From positions 10,896-74,895 of the forward strand of contig CAINUX010000022.1 in assembly GCA_903853895.1 (NCBI GenBank): a stretch of 64,000 nucleotides of DNA. Reading direction: 5' to 3'. Position 1 is the stretch's first letter; every line of letters begins with the position of its first letter. The position numbers and the translations under genes are program-made. The notes below the pieces were generated by a model. The model saw only the letters and a program-made list of their open reading frames with translations. It was not told where the DNA came from and made no database searches. This stretch comes from an uncultured beta proteobacterium. GTDB taxonomy: Bacteria; Pseudomonadota; Gammaproteobacteria; Burkholderiales; Burkholderiaceae_C. Shown in pieces: positions 36,885-45,236 of the stretch.

Positions 36885-38657
36885 ATGCATCCCTCCATAA
36901 GAAAGCTGGCAACATCCATTGCGATCGCATTGTGTGCAAGCATTCTGTCGGCGCACGCGGCGCGCCCCAACATTGTCATGTTGGTCGCAGATGACTGGGG
37001 CTTCACCGATGTCGGCGCGTTTGGTGGTGAAATTGAAACTCCCAACATTGATGCACTGGCACACCGTGGAACACGCTTCACCAACTTCCACGCAGCGGCT
37101 TCGTGCTCCCCCACGCGCTCCATGCTGCTCACGGGTGTGGACAACCACCGCAACGGAGTGGGCAACCTGCGCGAGGCCATGCCGCGCGAGCACCTGGGCA
37201 AGCCCGGCTATCTAGGTTCGCTGTCACAAAACGTGGTGACGGTTGCCACGCTGTTGCAAGACAGCGGATACCGGACCTACATCACCGGCAAATGGAATGT
37301 GGGCTCCGAGCCCCACAACCTGCCCAATCGCCGCGGTTTTGACCGCTCCATCATTCAGGGCGACACCGGCTCCGACAACTGGGTACCCACGCAGCGCTAC
37401 CTGCCACACTCCGCCACTGTGGAGTGGTTTGAAGATGGAAAGCCCGCCACCATGCCGGCCGAGTTCTACTCGTCGACCTACTTCGTAGACCGCATGATTG
37501 GCTATCTGAAAGCAGGCGAAGCGGCAGACACAAAGAAACCCTTCTTCGCCTACCTTGGTTTTCAGGCCAACCATGTTCCGATTCAGGCGCCCAAAGCGTT
37601 TGTTGACAAATACCGTGGCAAATACAAGGATGGCTGGGACGCACTGCGCGAACAAAGGCGCAAGAGCGCAGCAGCGTTGGGGCTCATTCCCCCGGACACC
37701 GGGATGGTGCGCATGGGCACGACTGGCGACTGGAACGCGCTCAGCGAAAAAGACAAGCTATACCAACAGCGCGAGATGGAAATCTACGCGGCCATGGCGG
37801 ATGCCATGGACCATGAGGTGGGCCGCCTCATTGCCCACCTCAAGGCCAGTGGCGAGTACGACAACACGGTGTTTGTATTCCTATCGGACAACGGCGCCGA
37901 GGGCAGCGACTACACCGACGCACAACCCTGGCTGTGGACGCAGTACTCGCAGGACATTGATCGACTGGGTGGCAGGGGAGCCTATGGAATTCCAGGCCCC
38001 AGTTGGGCCAGCGCATCGGTGTCACCGTTGACCGGGTACAAGTTCTACGCAGCCGAAGGCGGCATCCGAGTGCCCATGGTCATTGCGGGCGTTGAAGGCG
38101 GGCGCAGCAACCAGATTGCAAAAGCGCTGACCCATGTAACCGACATCCCGCCTACGCTGTTGGAAATCGCAGCAGTGCCTTTGCCTGGAACGCACTACCG
38201 TGGCCAGGCAATCGAGTCCATCACAGGAAAGAGCCTGCTTGCTCTGATCAAAGGCGAAACCGGGAGTGTGCGCACCATAGATGAGCCGTTGGGCTACGAG
38301 CTTTCGGGCAACAAGGCTTTGTTCAAGGGCGACCTCAAGCTCTCGCGCAATGACCCACCGGTGGGCGACGGGCTATGGCATCTGTACGACGTGCAAAAGG
38401 ACCCTGGCGAAACGCATGACCTGCAAAGCGAGATGCCTGAACGTTTCGCAGCGATGCAGCAGGACTATCTGGCCTATGAAAAAGCGCATGGCGTTCTGCC
38501 CATGCCAACTGGCTACACACCCGCCGGCGCCGTGCTGATCAACGGCATCTACAACTACTGGCTGCCAACCTACGGCCCGACTGGTCTGGTTTTTAGCGCG
38601 TTACTCGTATCGATTGCAGTGCTATTAAAAAGGAAGCGCACTGCGCATATTTCATGA
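36885..38657 (+). CDS. arylsulfatase (Cys-type) with C-terminal membrane anchor
   Basis: Sec signal MHPSIRKLATSIAIALCASILSAHAA, then LVADDWGFTD and the canonical FGly motif CSPTRSMLLTG. The C-terminal hydrophobic stretch GLVFSALLVSIAVLL is followed by KRKR. GTG 36834 is an alternative start. Confidence 0.88.
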   Translation: MHPSIRKLATSIAIALCASILSAHAARPNIVMLVADDWGFTDVGAFGGEIETPNIDALAHRGTRFTNFHAAASCSPTRSMLLTGVDNHRNGVGNLREAMPREHLGKPGYLGSLSQNVVTVATLLQDSGYRTYITGKWNVGSEPHNLPNRRGFDRSIIQGDTGSDNWVPTQRYLPHSATVEWFEDGKPATMPAEFYSSTYFVDRMIGYLKAGEAADTKKPFFAYLGFQANHVPIQAPKAFVDKYRGKYKDGWDALREQRRKSAAALGLIPPDTGMVRMGTTGDWNALSEKDKLYQQREMEIYAAMADAMDHEVGRLIAHLKASGEYDNTVFVFLSDNGAEGSDYTDAQPWLWTQYSQDIDRLGGRGAYGIPGPSWASASVSPLTGYKFYAAEGGIRVPMVIAGVEGGRSNQIAKALTHVTDIPPTLLEIAAVPLPGTHYRGQAIESITGKSLLALIKGETGSVRTIDEPLGYELSGNKALFKGDLKLSRNDPPVGDGLWHLYDVQKDPGETHDLQSEMPERFAAMQQDYLAYEKAHGVLPMPTGYTPAGAVLINGIYNYWLPTYGPTGLVFSALLVSIAVLLKRKRTAHIS

Positions 38658-38669
38658 GGGCTAGCGGGT
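38620..38669 (+). repeat. dispersed ~50-nt repeat, copy E (embedded in a gene junction)
   Basis: Sequence is tgctattaaaaaggaagcgcactgcgcatatttcatgagggctagcgggt. It encodes the last 12 codons and the TGA of the sulfatase, and the ATG plus first codons of the next gene. Confidence 0.65.
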
Positions 38670-39919
38670 ACTTTTCATCACCATGGCCGGCTGAAGACGG
38701 TGGGCCACAAAGGTTTCAGAGCCCAATTGCCGGGCGCGGCGCTGCAACAGGCTTGGCTCTGCGACCCGGTGAACGGCTGCACTGCGTCACGCGTAGCACG
38801 CTGATGTCCACCATGACGGTGCTGGGAGGCCCCGGTGAGGTCTATCTGATGCAGCACTCGGCCCTGCGCGCACAAATCGGGCTGCCCACCACGGCCTGTG
38901 TGGAGAGGATCGACCCCATCAGCCTGAAAACCCTCGCATGCTCTCCACGCCTGGCCGGTGGCCCCATGTGGCCCGGCGGCATGGCGGTGCATCGCAATGG
39001 CGATCTGTACGTGGTCTACGGACGCTACCTGCACCGCCTGAGCCGCGACTGCGAACCCCTAGCCCAGTTGCAGCTTCCCATCCATGCGCCGTACAACTCG
39101 TTTGTCGTGCTGGACAATGGTCTCATCGTCACCAAGAACCTGTCCGACACCGCCGCGGCGCGACTGACTGTAGTGAACCCAGAGACGGTCTCGCGGGCCT
39201 GCAACGATATCGACTGCCCTGAGCCCTCCGTTGCGCGCCTCAGCGCCATGGGCAACTCGGTTTACGTCGTAGGGGTTCGCTCGATCTTTCGCTACCACTG
39301 GTCAGACGCAAACGCGGCGTTGGAGTTCGACACCACGTGGCGCTTTGACTACATTGGTAACACCACGCAAACCTACGGATGGGATGTGGTGCTGGACGGA
39401 CAGCACGCCTGGTTTATGGACAACGGAAAACACCGCTACCAGTTCCGGATGGTGGGTGCAGGTGTCAGCCCTACACCCAATCGTCTGATCCGCGTATCGC
39501 TCCAGGATTGCGCAGACCACCAAGTGCTGGACATTTGCGGCGTTCGCGGTGGCAGCGTGACCAACCCGCCGGTCTATGACCTGCAGCGCAGAATCGTGGT
39601 GGGCTATGACTCGGCCAATTGCCACTTGCGCGCTTGGCGTTTTGACACATCCACCCGGGCTCTGGAGCCGCTGTGGCACAAGCCGAATTTTGGGTGTGCA
39701 AGCCACATGGTGTTGTATCCAGAGACCGGGGAACTGGTCACCAACGACTACCACCGTTTCGGCGAGGAAGTGGTCGTAATGGACATTGCAACTGGCGCAG
39801 AACGTGGGCGCGTGCGCACGGGCGGCGTCATGCAAGGCGTCGTATTCCCCAGTGTGGGCTGGGGGCGGGACCTGTACTGGAGCTCCATGGGTCGCCTGGC
39901 ACGGGTGTTTGTGAATTAA
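38654..39919 (+). CDS. hypothetical protein, PQQ-like beta-propeller repeat suspected
   Basis: ATGA overlap with the sulfatase. N-terminal SPWPAEDGGPQR resembles the WP..GD..RTG opening of PQQ-like propeller proteins. Short beta motifs recur (GDLYVVYG, NSVYVVGV, RRIVVGYD, GELVTND). Confidence 0.65.
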   Translation: MRASGYFSSPWPAEDGGPQRFQSPIAGRGAATGLALRPGERLHCVTRSTLMSTMTVLGGPGEVYLMQHSALRAQIGLPTTACVERIDPISLKTLACSPRLAGGPMWPGGMAVHRNGDLYVVYGRYLHRLSRDCEPLAQLQLPIHAPYNSFVVLDNGLIVTKNLSDTAAARLTVVNPETVSRACNDIDCPEPSVARLSAMGNSVYVVGVRSIFRYHWSDANAALEFDTTWRFDYIGNTTQTYGWDVVLDGQHAWFMDNGKHRYQFRMVGAGVSPTPNRLIRVSLQDCADHQVLDICGVRGGSVTNPPVYDLQRRIVVGYDSANCHLRAWRFDTSTRALEPLWHKPNFGCASHMVLYPETGELVTNDYHRFGEEVVVMDIATGAERGRVRTGGVMQGVVFPSVGWGRDLYWSSMGRLARVFVN

Positions 39920-39938
39920 AGGCAAGGGGAAATATTCA

Positions 39939-41027
39939 ATGCAACGCAAGACACGCTGGATTCTTGGCGCGCTGCTCACGGTGGTGACCTGTGCTGTGCT
40001 GGTGTGGGCGTTTCAACGCCCTATCGCCACTGCTTTGCTGACGCAGATTGTCAACAAGAATGTCGGTCGCAACATCATCCCGGACCTGCCCGACGGCCTG
40101 CACCTGGCCTTGTGCGGAACCGGGTCGCCATTCCCTGACCCGACTCGTGCGGGTCCCTGCTCGGCCATCATCGCGGGGGACCGGCTGTTCATCGTCGACA
40201 CCGGTGAAGGCAGCGCCCGCACCTTGGGCTACATGGGCATTCCGGCAGCCAAAATTGAAGCGATTTTTCTGACGCACTTTCACTCGGACCACATCGATGG
40301 GCTAGGCCCGTTCCTCCTGCAGCGCTGGGGCGTTGGCACTTTTGAAACCCCCACACCGGTGGTTGGCCCCATTGGCGTCGATCAAGTTGTGGATGGGTTT
40401 CGTGCGGCGTATGTGCTCGACTTTGGCTACCGCGTTGCACACCATTCACCCAAAATCATGCCGCCCGGTGGCAGTGGCGGCAAAGGCATTCCATTTGCAT
40501 TACCACCCGTCGGCCAAGGAGACCAGATCGTCGTGCTGAGTGACAAGGGGCTGAAGGTGACGGCATTTCGCGTGGACCACGCACCGATCGATCCAGCAGT
40601 GGGCTACCGCTTTGACTACAAGGGCCGATCGATCGTCATCACAGGGGACACCAAAAAAACTCCAAGCGTGCACGCGGTGGCCCAAGGTGTGGACATTCTG
40701 GTCCACGAGGCACTGCAGCCCAAGCTGGTCAAGCTTTTGGAAGCCGGCTTTGCCAACCACAACATGGGCAATATGTCGCAGGTCATGCGAGACATTCTGA
40801 ACTACCACACCACGCCCGAAGAAGCCGCTGCCCAGGCGGCGGCAGCTGGCGCCAGGGAACTGGTACTGAACCACATTGTTCCACCGCTACCATTGCGTTT
40901 CGCCTACCCTGCATTCCTGGGCGATGCTGCAACTTTTTACGACAGACCCATCACCGTCGGCGAGGACGGCATGCTGTTCAGCTTGCCGGCCAACTCCACA
41001 GGCATTGAACACAAGAGGCTTTACTGA
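39939..41027 (+). CDS. membrane-anchored MBL-fold metallo-hydrolase
   Basis: N-terminal TM WILGALLTVVTCAVLVWAF and the HxHxDH motif LTHFHSDHIDG. Overall organisation is RNase Z/ElaC-like. Confidence 0.85.
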   Translation: MQRKTRWILGALLTVVTCAVLVWAFQRPIATALLTQIVNKNVGRNIIPDLPDGLHLALCGTGSPFPDPTRAGPCSAIIAGDRLFIVDTGEGSARTLGYMGIPAAKIEAIFLTHFHSDHIDGLGPFLLQRWGVGTFETPTPVVGPIGVDQVVDGFRAAYVLDFGYRVAHHSPKIMPPGGSGGKGIPFALPPVGQGDQIVVLSDKGLKVTAFRVDHAPIDPAVGYRFDYKGRSIVITGDTKKTPSVHAVAQGVDILVHEALQPKLVKLLEAGFANHNMGNMSQVMRDILNYHTTPEEAAAQAAAAGARELVLNHIVPPLPLRFAYPAFLGDAATFYDRPITVGEDGMLFSLPANSTGIEHKRLY

Positions 41028-41028
41028 C

Positions 41029-41901
41029 ATGCGCACACTTCAAGGCAAATCGGTCGTCATTACGGGCGCGGCCTCGGGTATTGGAGAAGCCCTGGCACAC
41101 GCCAGCGCCGCACGCGGAGCGCGCCTGCTGCTTGCCGATATTGATGCCGCAGGACTGGAGCGCGTTGTCTCGGCCTTAGTGGCAAAAGGTATCGATTGTT
41201 CGGGTCTGGTAACGGACACTGGCAATGAGGCGGCAATTTACGCGCTCGCACAGGAGGCCCAGACCCGACTCGGCGGCGCCGACGTGTTGATCAACAACGC
41301 GGGCGTCGGCCTGATGGCTCCTATCGAAAAACTCCGTACAACAGATGCACAGTGGCTTATGAACATCAACTTCTGGGGTGTCGTGCACGGCTGCCAGGCC
41401 TTCATCCCGCAAATGCGCCAGCGCCCCGACTCGGTGCTGGTAAACATCTCCAGCATCTTTGCCATGGTGTCGATTCCAACGCAGGGCATCTATAACGCCA
41501 GCAAAGCGGCGGTGCGTGGCTTTAGCGATGCTTTGCGCGAGGAACTCCGGGGCTCCAGTCTGGATGTGCTGTGTGTGCACCCGGGTGGCATCAAGACCAA
41601 TATCGCCAACCGCGCGCGCATCACCGATGTATCGATGGTGGCCGACTCCGACCAGGAAATGCGCGACAACTTCACCAAACTGGCACGCACGACCCCGCAG
41701 CAAGCAGCGGCGGTCATCCTGCACGCGATTGAGTCCCGCAAGACCCGTGTACTCATAGGGTCCGACGCCAGATTCATGGACTGGATGTTTCGCCTGTTTC
41801 CTGTGCATGCTTCGCATTGGCTGAGCAATATCGGGCAATGGATGCGGCGGCGCAACGCGGCAAAAGCCGCTGCCACGTCAACCCAAGACAAGACCGTATG
41901 A
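41029..41901 (+). CDS. SDR family oxidoreductase
   Basis: 290 aa from ATG 41029, 1 nt after the MBL stop. Motifs are TGAASGIGEA, NNAGVG and the catalytic YNASK. Confidence 0.9.
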   Translation: MRTLQGKSVVITGAASGIGEALAHASAARGARLLLADIDAAGLERVVSALVAKGIDCSGLVTDTGNEAAIYALAQEAQTRLGGADVLINNAGVGLMAPIEKLRTTDAQWLMNINFWGVVHGCQAFIPQMRQRPDSVLVNISSIFAMVSIPTQGIYNASKAAVRGFSDALREELRGSSLDVLCVHPGGIKTNIANRARITDVSMVADSDQEMRDNFTKLARTTPQQAAAVILHAIESRKTRVLIGSDARFMDWMFRLFPVHASHWLSNIGQWMRRRNAAKAAATSTQDKTV

Positions 41902-42824
41902 AGTCCCTCCCCTCCATTGACAAGGCGCATATCCTGCGCACACCGGACGATCGTTTCGCGCACATCGTCGACTTCCCTTATCTCGCCAAGTACGTGGAAG
42001 TTGGGGGCCTGCGCATCGCCTATATTGACGAAGGCCCCCGCGACGCCGCACCGATTTTGCTGATGCATGGCGAACCTACCTGGTCCTACCTGTATCGCAA
42101 AATGATTCCCGGCCTGCTGGCGGCAGGGCACCGTGTCATCGCACCCGATCTGGTGGGCTTCGGCCGATCGGACAAACCCACCGCCAAGAAAGACTATTCT
42201 TATGCCAACCATGTGGCGTGGATGGTTGCCTGGATGGAGACTGTGGACATCCAAAATGCCACTCTGTTCTGCCAGGACTGGGGGTCCCTCATTGGCCTGC
42301 GCATGGTGACCCATAGCCCCGATCGCTTTGCCCGCGTAGTGCTGGCCAATGGTGGTTTGCCGACTGGCGCGCAGGGCGTGGTGCCCAAAGCTTTCAGAAT
42401 TTGGCGGGCTTTTGCGCGTTTTAGCCCGTGGTTCCCTATTGGGAAAATTGTAAATTCGGGCTGCGCTGCAAAGCTGAGCGAGCAGGAAATAGCAGCTTAC
42501 GACGCGCCCTTTCCTTCATCAAAATATGAGGTGGCGGCTCGTTTGTTCCCAAGCTTTGTGCCCACCACGCCAACCGACCCTGAGCGCGCGGCCAATGAGC
42601 AGGCCTGGGAGGTTCTGAAGCAATGGCACAAGCCATTCCTGACCCTTTTCAGCAGCCGCGACCCGGTCACCCGTGGCGGAGACAAGATATTTCTGAAACT
42701 GGTGCCCGGAGCGGCCAACCAGCCGCATGCCACCACGCGTGGAGCCGGGCACTTTTTGCAGGAAGACAAAGGTCCGGAACTGGCCAAGTCCATTGCAGAT
42801 TTCATTGCAGCAACGCCCACTTGA
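41898..42824 (+). CDS. haloalkane dehalogenase-type alpha/beta hydrolase
   Basis: ATGA overlap with the SDR gene. It has HGEPTWSYLYR and an Asp nucleophile elbow FCQDWGSLIG. The C-terminal GAGHFLQED is typical of HLD-family enzymes. 308 aa. Confidence 0.78.
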   Translation: MKSLPSIDKAHILRTPDDRFAHIVDFPYLAKYVEVGGLRIAYIDEGPRDAAPILLMHGEPTWSYLYRKMIPGLLAAGHRVIAPDLVGFGRSDKPTAKKDYSYANHVAWMVAWMETVDIQNATLFCQDWGSLIGLRMVTHSPDRFARVVLANGGLPTGAQGVVPKAFRIWRAFARFSPWFPIGKIVNSGCAAKLSEQEIAAYDAPFPSSKYEVAARLFPSFVPTTPTDPERAANEQAWEVLKQWHKPFLTLFSSRDPVTRGGDKIFLKLVPGAANQPHATTRGAGHFLQEDKGPELAKSIADFIAATPT

Positions 42825-42856
42825 ACCTGAACCACCACCAACCAGGGAATTACCAC

Positions 42857-43126
42857 GTGAACGCATTTTTCAAAGCACTTTGCCTGACGACCTATGCGCT
42901 GGCGCTCGTCGTACCCTTCGTCACGTTCCCCATGGATGCAGGGCCGTATCTGCAAAAATTGGCTTTGATTCTGTTGGCAGCCCACATGTTGGAGTTGCCC
43001 ATTACCTACCGGTACCTTGCGCTCTACAAGGGGCCGCTCATCGACAGCGTGGCGATGTCACTCCTGTTTGGCCTGCTGCATTGGCAACCCCTGGCAAAAG
43101 CCAGCAAGCGCGCGGCGCAGGGTTGA
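42857..43126 (+). CDS. small integral membrane protein
   Basis: 89 aa from GTG 42857 with AGGGA upstream. It has three hydrophobic helices. It is in an operon context with tight spacing to the next gene. Confidence 0.5.
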   Translation: MNAFFKALCLTTYALALVVPFVTFPMDAGPYLQKLALILLAAHMLELPITYRYLALYKGPLIDSVAMSLLFGLLHWQPLAKASKRAAQG

Positions 43127-43128
43127 TC

Positions 43129-43740
43129 GTGCAGCGTAGAGGCCACGTCAGCCGGTGGCGACGGATAGGCATCGGATTTGCTCTGTACGCGGCGGCGGTC
43201 GCTTTGGGTCTTGGTACGGCGTGGTGGGTACTGAAAAAAGCACCGTGGATAATCCATACAGTGCGTGTTGGTGCCTGGGAAACAAGCCTTCTGGCGGGCA
43301 GTGCAGATGCCGACCTCTACACCCGGGGCGCGATTGCCGTCAATGCGCTGCTGGCTTTAGGCCGTGAAGAGACCATGTATTTCATCGCCAACAAAGACGA
43401 TGCCGGACATCCCCTGCGATCAAGTTGCAGCTACCGGGTCGAAGGCGTTCCACCCAAGGCCAGGTGGTGGAGCGTCACGGCCTATGCAGACGACATGTTC
43501 TTGTTTGATGCACCCAACAAGCACTACAGCTTGAATGGCACCAATGCACGACTCGATGCCAATGGACATTTTGCGTTCACAACCGGCGGACAGGAACAAC
43601 CCGGAATCCATTGGCTACCCACTCCTGGCGCCCGTGGAATGGTGTTGACGCTGCGCGTGTACAACCCTGAACCAGAGCTTCAGGCGGCACCCGCATCACT
43701 GCTGCCGCCCTCCATCAAAGCGATTGGGGTTTGCATATGA
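43129..43740 (+). CDS. membrane-anchored DUF1214 domain protein
   Basis: Start is GTG 43129 or TTG 43123. It has the TM IGIGFALYAAAVALGLGTAWWVL. Family hallmarks as I recall them are present: YTRGAIAVNALLAL, ARWWSVTAY, HWLP and LRVYNP. Confidence 0.7.
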   Translation: MQRRGHVSRWRRIGIGFALYAAAVALGLGTAWWVLKKAPWIIHTVRVGAWETSLLAGSADADLYTRGAIAVNALLALGREETMYFIANKDDAGHPLRSSCSYRVEGVPPKARWWSVTAYADDMFLFDAPNKHYSLNGTNARLDANGHFAFTTGGQEQPGIHWLPTPGARGMVLTLRVYNPEPELQAAPASLLPPSIKAIGVCI

Positions 43741-44300
43741 AGCGTTTTTCGGATCACCAACGCCTATGGTTCTATCGCGCCCTCACGCTCGTCACCACCG
43801 CTATCCTGGTCCATTTGCTCGCAGTCTGGGCGGCACCACGGCTCATCATGCAGGTGCTGATGCACAGCCCCGCGGCGCAAGCGATGAATATGCACAATCA
43901 AGCTGCATTTCCTCCGCCAGTGACGGCAGCAGCCCGCACGGTGGTTATGCCCAGCCCGGACCTGTTGTACTCAGTGTGTGTTTTTGATGTGACCGCAGGA
44001 CCGGTGCGCATATCGGCCAACCCGAACCTGAAGTCATACTGGTCCATCGCCCTCTATGCAGCCAACAGCGACAACTTTTTTGTCATCAACGATCGAAATG
44101 CCGGTGCCAAGCCGGTGAATCTATGGCTTGTTTCTGAGAGCGGCACTACCGAAGCGCGGTCCATACCCAATGGCGCACAGGTCGTGGTATCGCCCTCAAA
44201 ATCAGGCTTCCTGCTGATGCGTGTTTTGACCGGCGATTACGAAGCTGAAAAGACAGTCATTGAAGCTGCCCGTCATACACTGACCTGCACTCCCGCTTAG
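43737..44300 (+). CDS. membrane-anchored DUF1254 domain protein
   Basis: ATGA overlap with the upstream gene. It has an N-terminal TM and the hallmark MPSPDLLYSVCVFDV...YWSIALYAANSDNFFVIND. Confidence 0.7.
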   Translation: MKRFSDHQRLWFYRALTLVTTAILVHLLAVWAAPRLIMQVLMHSPAAQAMNMHNQAAFPPPVTAAARTVVMPSPDLLYSVCVFDVTAGPVRISANPNLKSYWSIALYAANSDNFFVINDRNAGAKPVNLWLVSESGTTEARSIPNGAQVVVSPSKSGFLLMRVLTGDYEAEKTVIEAARHTLTCTPA

Positions 44301-44308
44301 GAAATTTC

Positions 44309-45217
44309 ATGCTTGCACAACTCCTGCGACGAGTCATCTTCGCGCAACTCATTCTCGGCAGTGTCTTGGCCTTTTGGCTGCACACCAGAGGTACGCTTTC
44401 AACGCTACAGGCGTGTGCTCTGATCTGCGCCATCCCTTTCTTGGTCATGGCCTTGGTGGATGTCTATACCACCGCAGTCTCACGCGGGCCAGAGCCGTGG
44501 AGTGCCTGGGTCCAATCACTATTTGGCGAGTACCGTGCCGGTGTCATCATTTTTCTGTTCCGCCAGCCCTGGACCCGCGAAGCCCCTCGCATATTGCCCG
44601 CGACCGGCTCACACAAGCGCATCCCGGTGGTACTAGTCCACGGCTACTTGTGTAACCACCGCATTTGGGACGACGTGGTTCCGCAACTGCGGGCTCAGGG
44701 TCATGATGTCTTCGCGGTCAATCTGGAACCCCTGTTCTGCTCCATTGACAGGTATGCCGAGATTGTGGAGTCAGCGGTTCAGGCTCTGCTGGCCCACAGT
44801 GGACAAAAGCAGGTGGCGTTAGTGGGGCACAGCATGGGCGGGCTGGCCATCCGGGCCTGGCTGCGCACCCATGGTTCACAACGGGCCGCACGCGTTCTGA
44901 CGCTCGGTACGCCCCACATTGGTACTCAGGTACCGCAGCACATCAAGACCCAAAATGGCATTCAGATGACATGGAAAAGTGAGTGGCTTGGCACGCTGAC
45001 ACCCTCAGAAACTGTGGCAACCCACCAACTCTTTCACATCGCCATTACCCCACAGGACAACATCGTCTACCCGCAACGTGCACAGGTACTGCCCAACGCG
45101 ACGGCCACTGTATTTGAAGGAATTGGTCACCTGCAAATGTGCCTTGATCCAATGGTCATTCAATGGATCAAGGGGCAGTTGGACGAGGTGGACGTGCCGT
45201 CCGCCTCTGCCGCATGA
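44309..45217 (+). CDS. membrane-anchored alpha/beta hydrolase (lipase/PGAP1-like)
   Basis: Two N-terminal TM helices, then VVLVHGYLCNH and the nucleophile elbow GHSMGG. Confidence 0.8.
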   Translation: MLAQLLRRVIFAQLILGSVLAFWLHTRGTLSTLQACALICAIPFLVMALVDVYTTAVSRGPEPWSAWVQSLFGEYRAGVIIFLFRQPWTREAPRILPATGSHKRIPVVLVHGYLCNHRIWDDVVPQLRAQGHDVFAVNLEPLFCSIDRYAEIVESAVQALLAHSGQKQVALVGHSMGGLAIRAWLRTHGSQRAARVLTLGTPHIGTQVPQHIKTQNGIQMTWKSEWLGTLTPSETVATHQLFHIAITPQDNIVYPQRAQVLPNATATVFEGIGHLQMCLDPMVIQWIKGQLDEVDVPSASAA

Positions 45218-45236
45218 CTCCAGAAGCACGAACACA

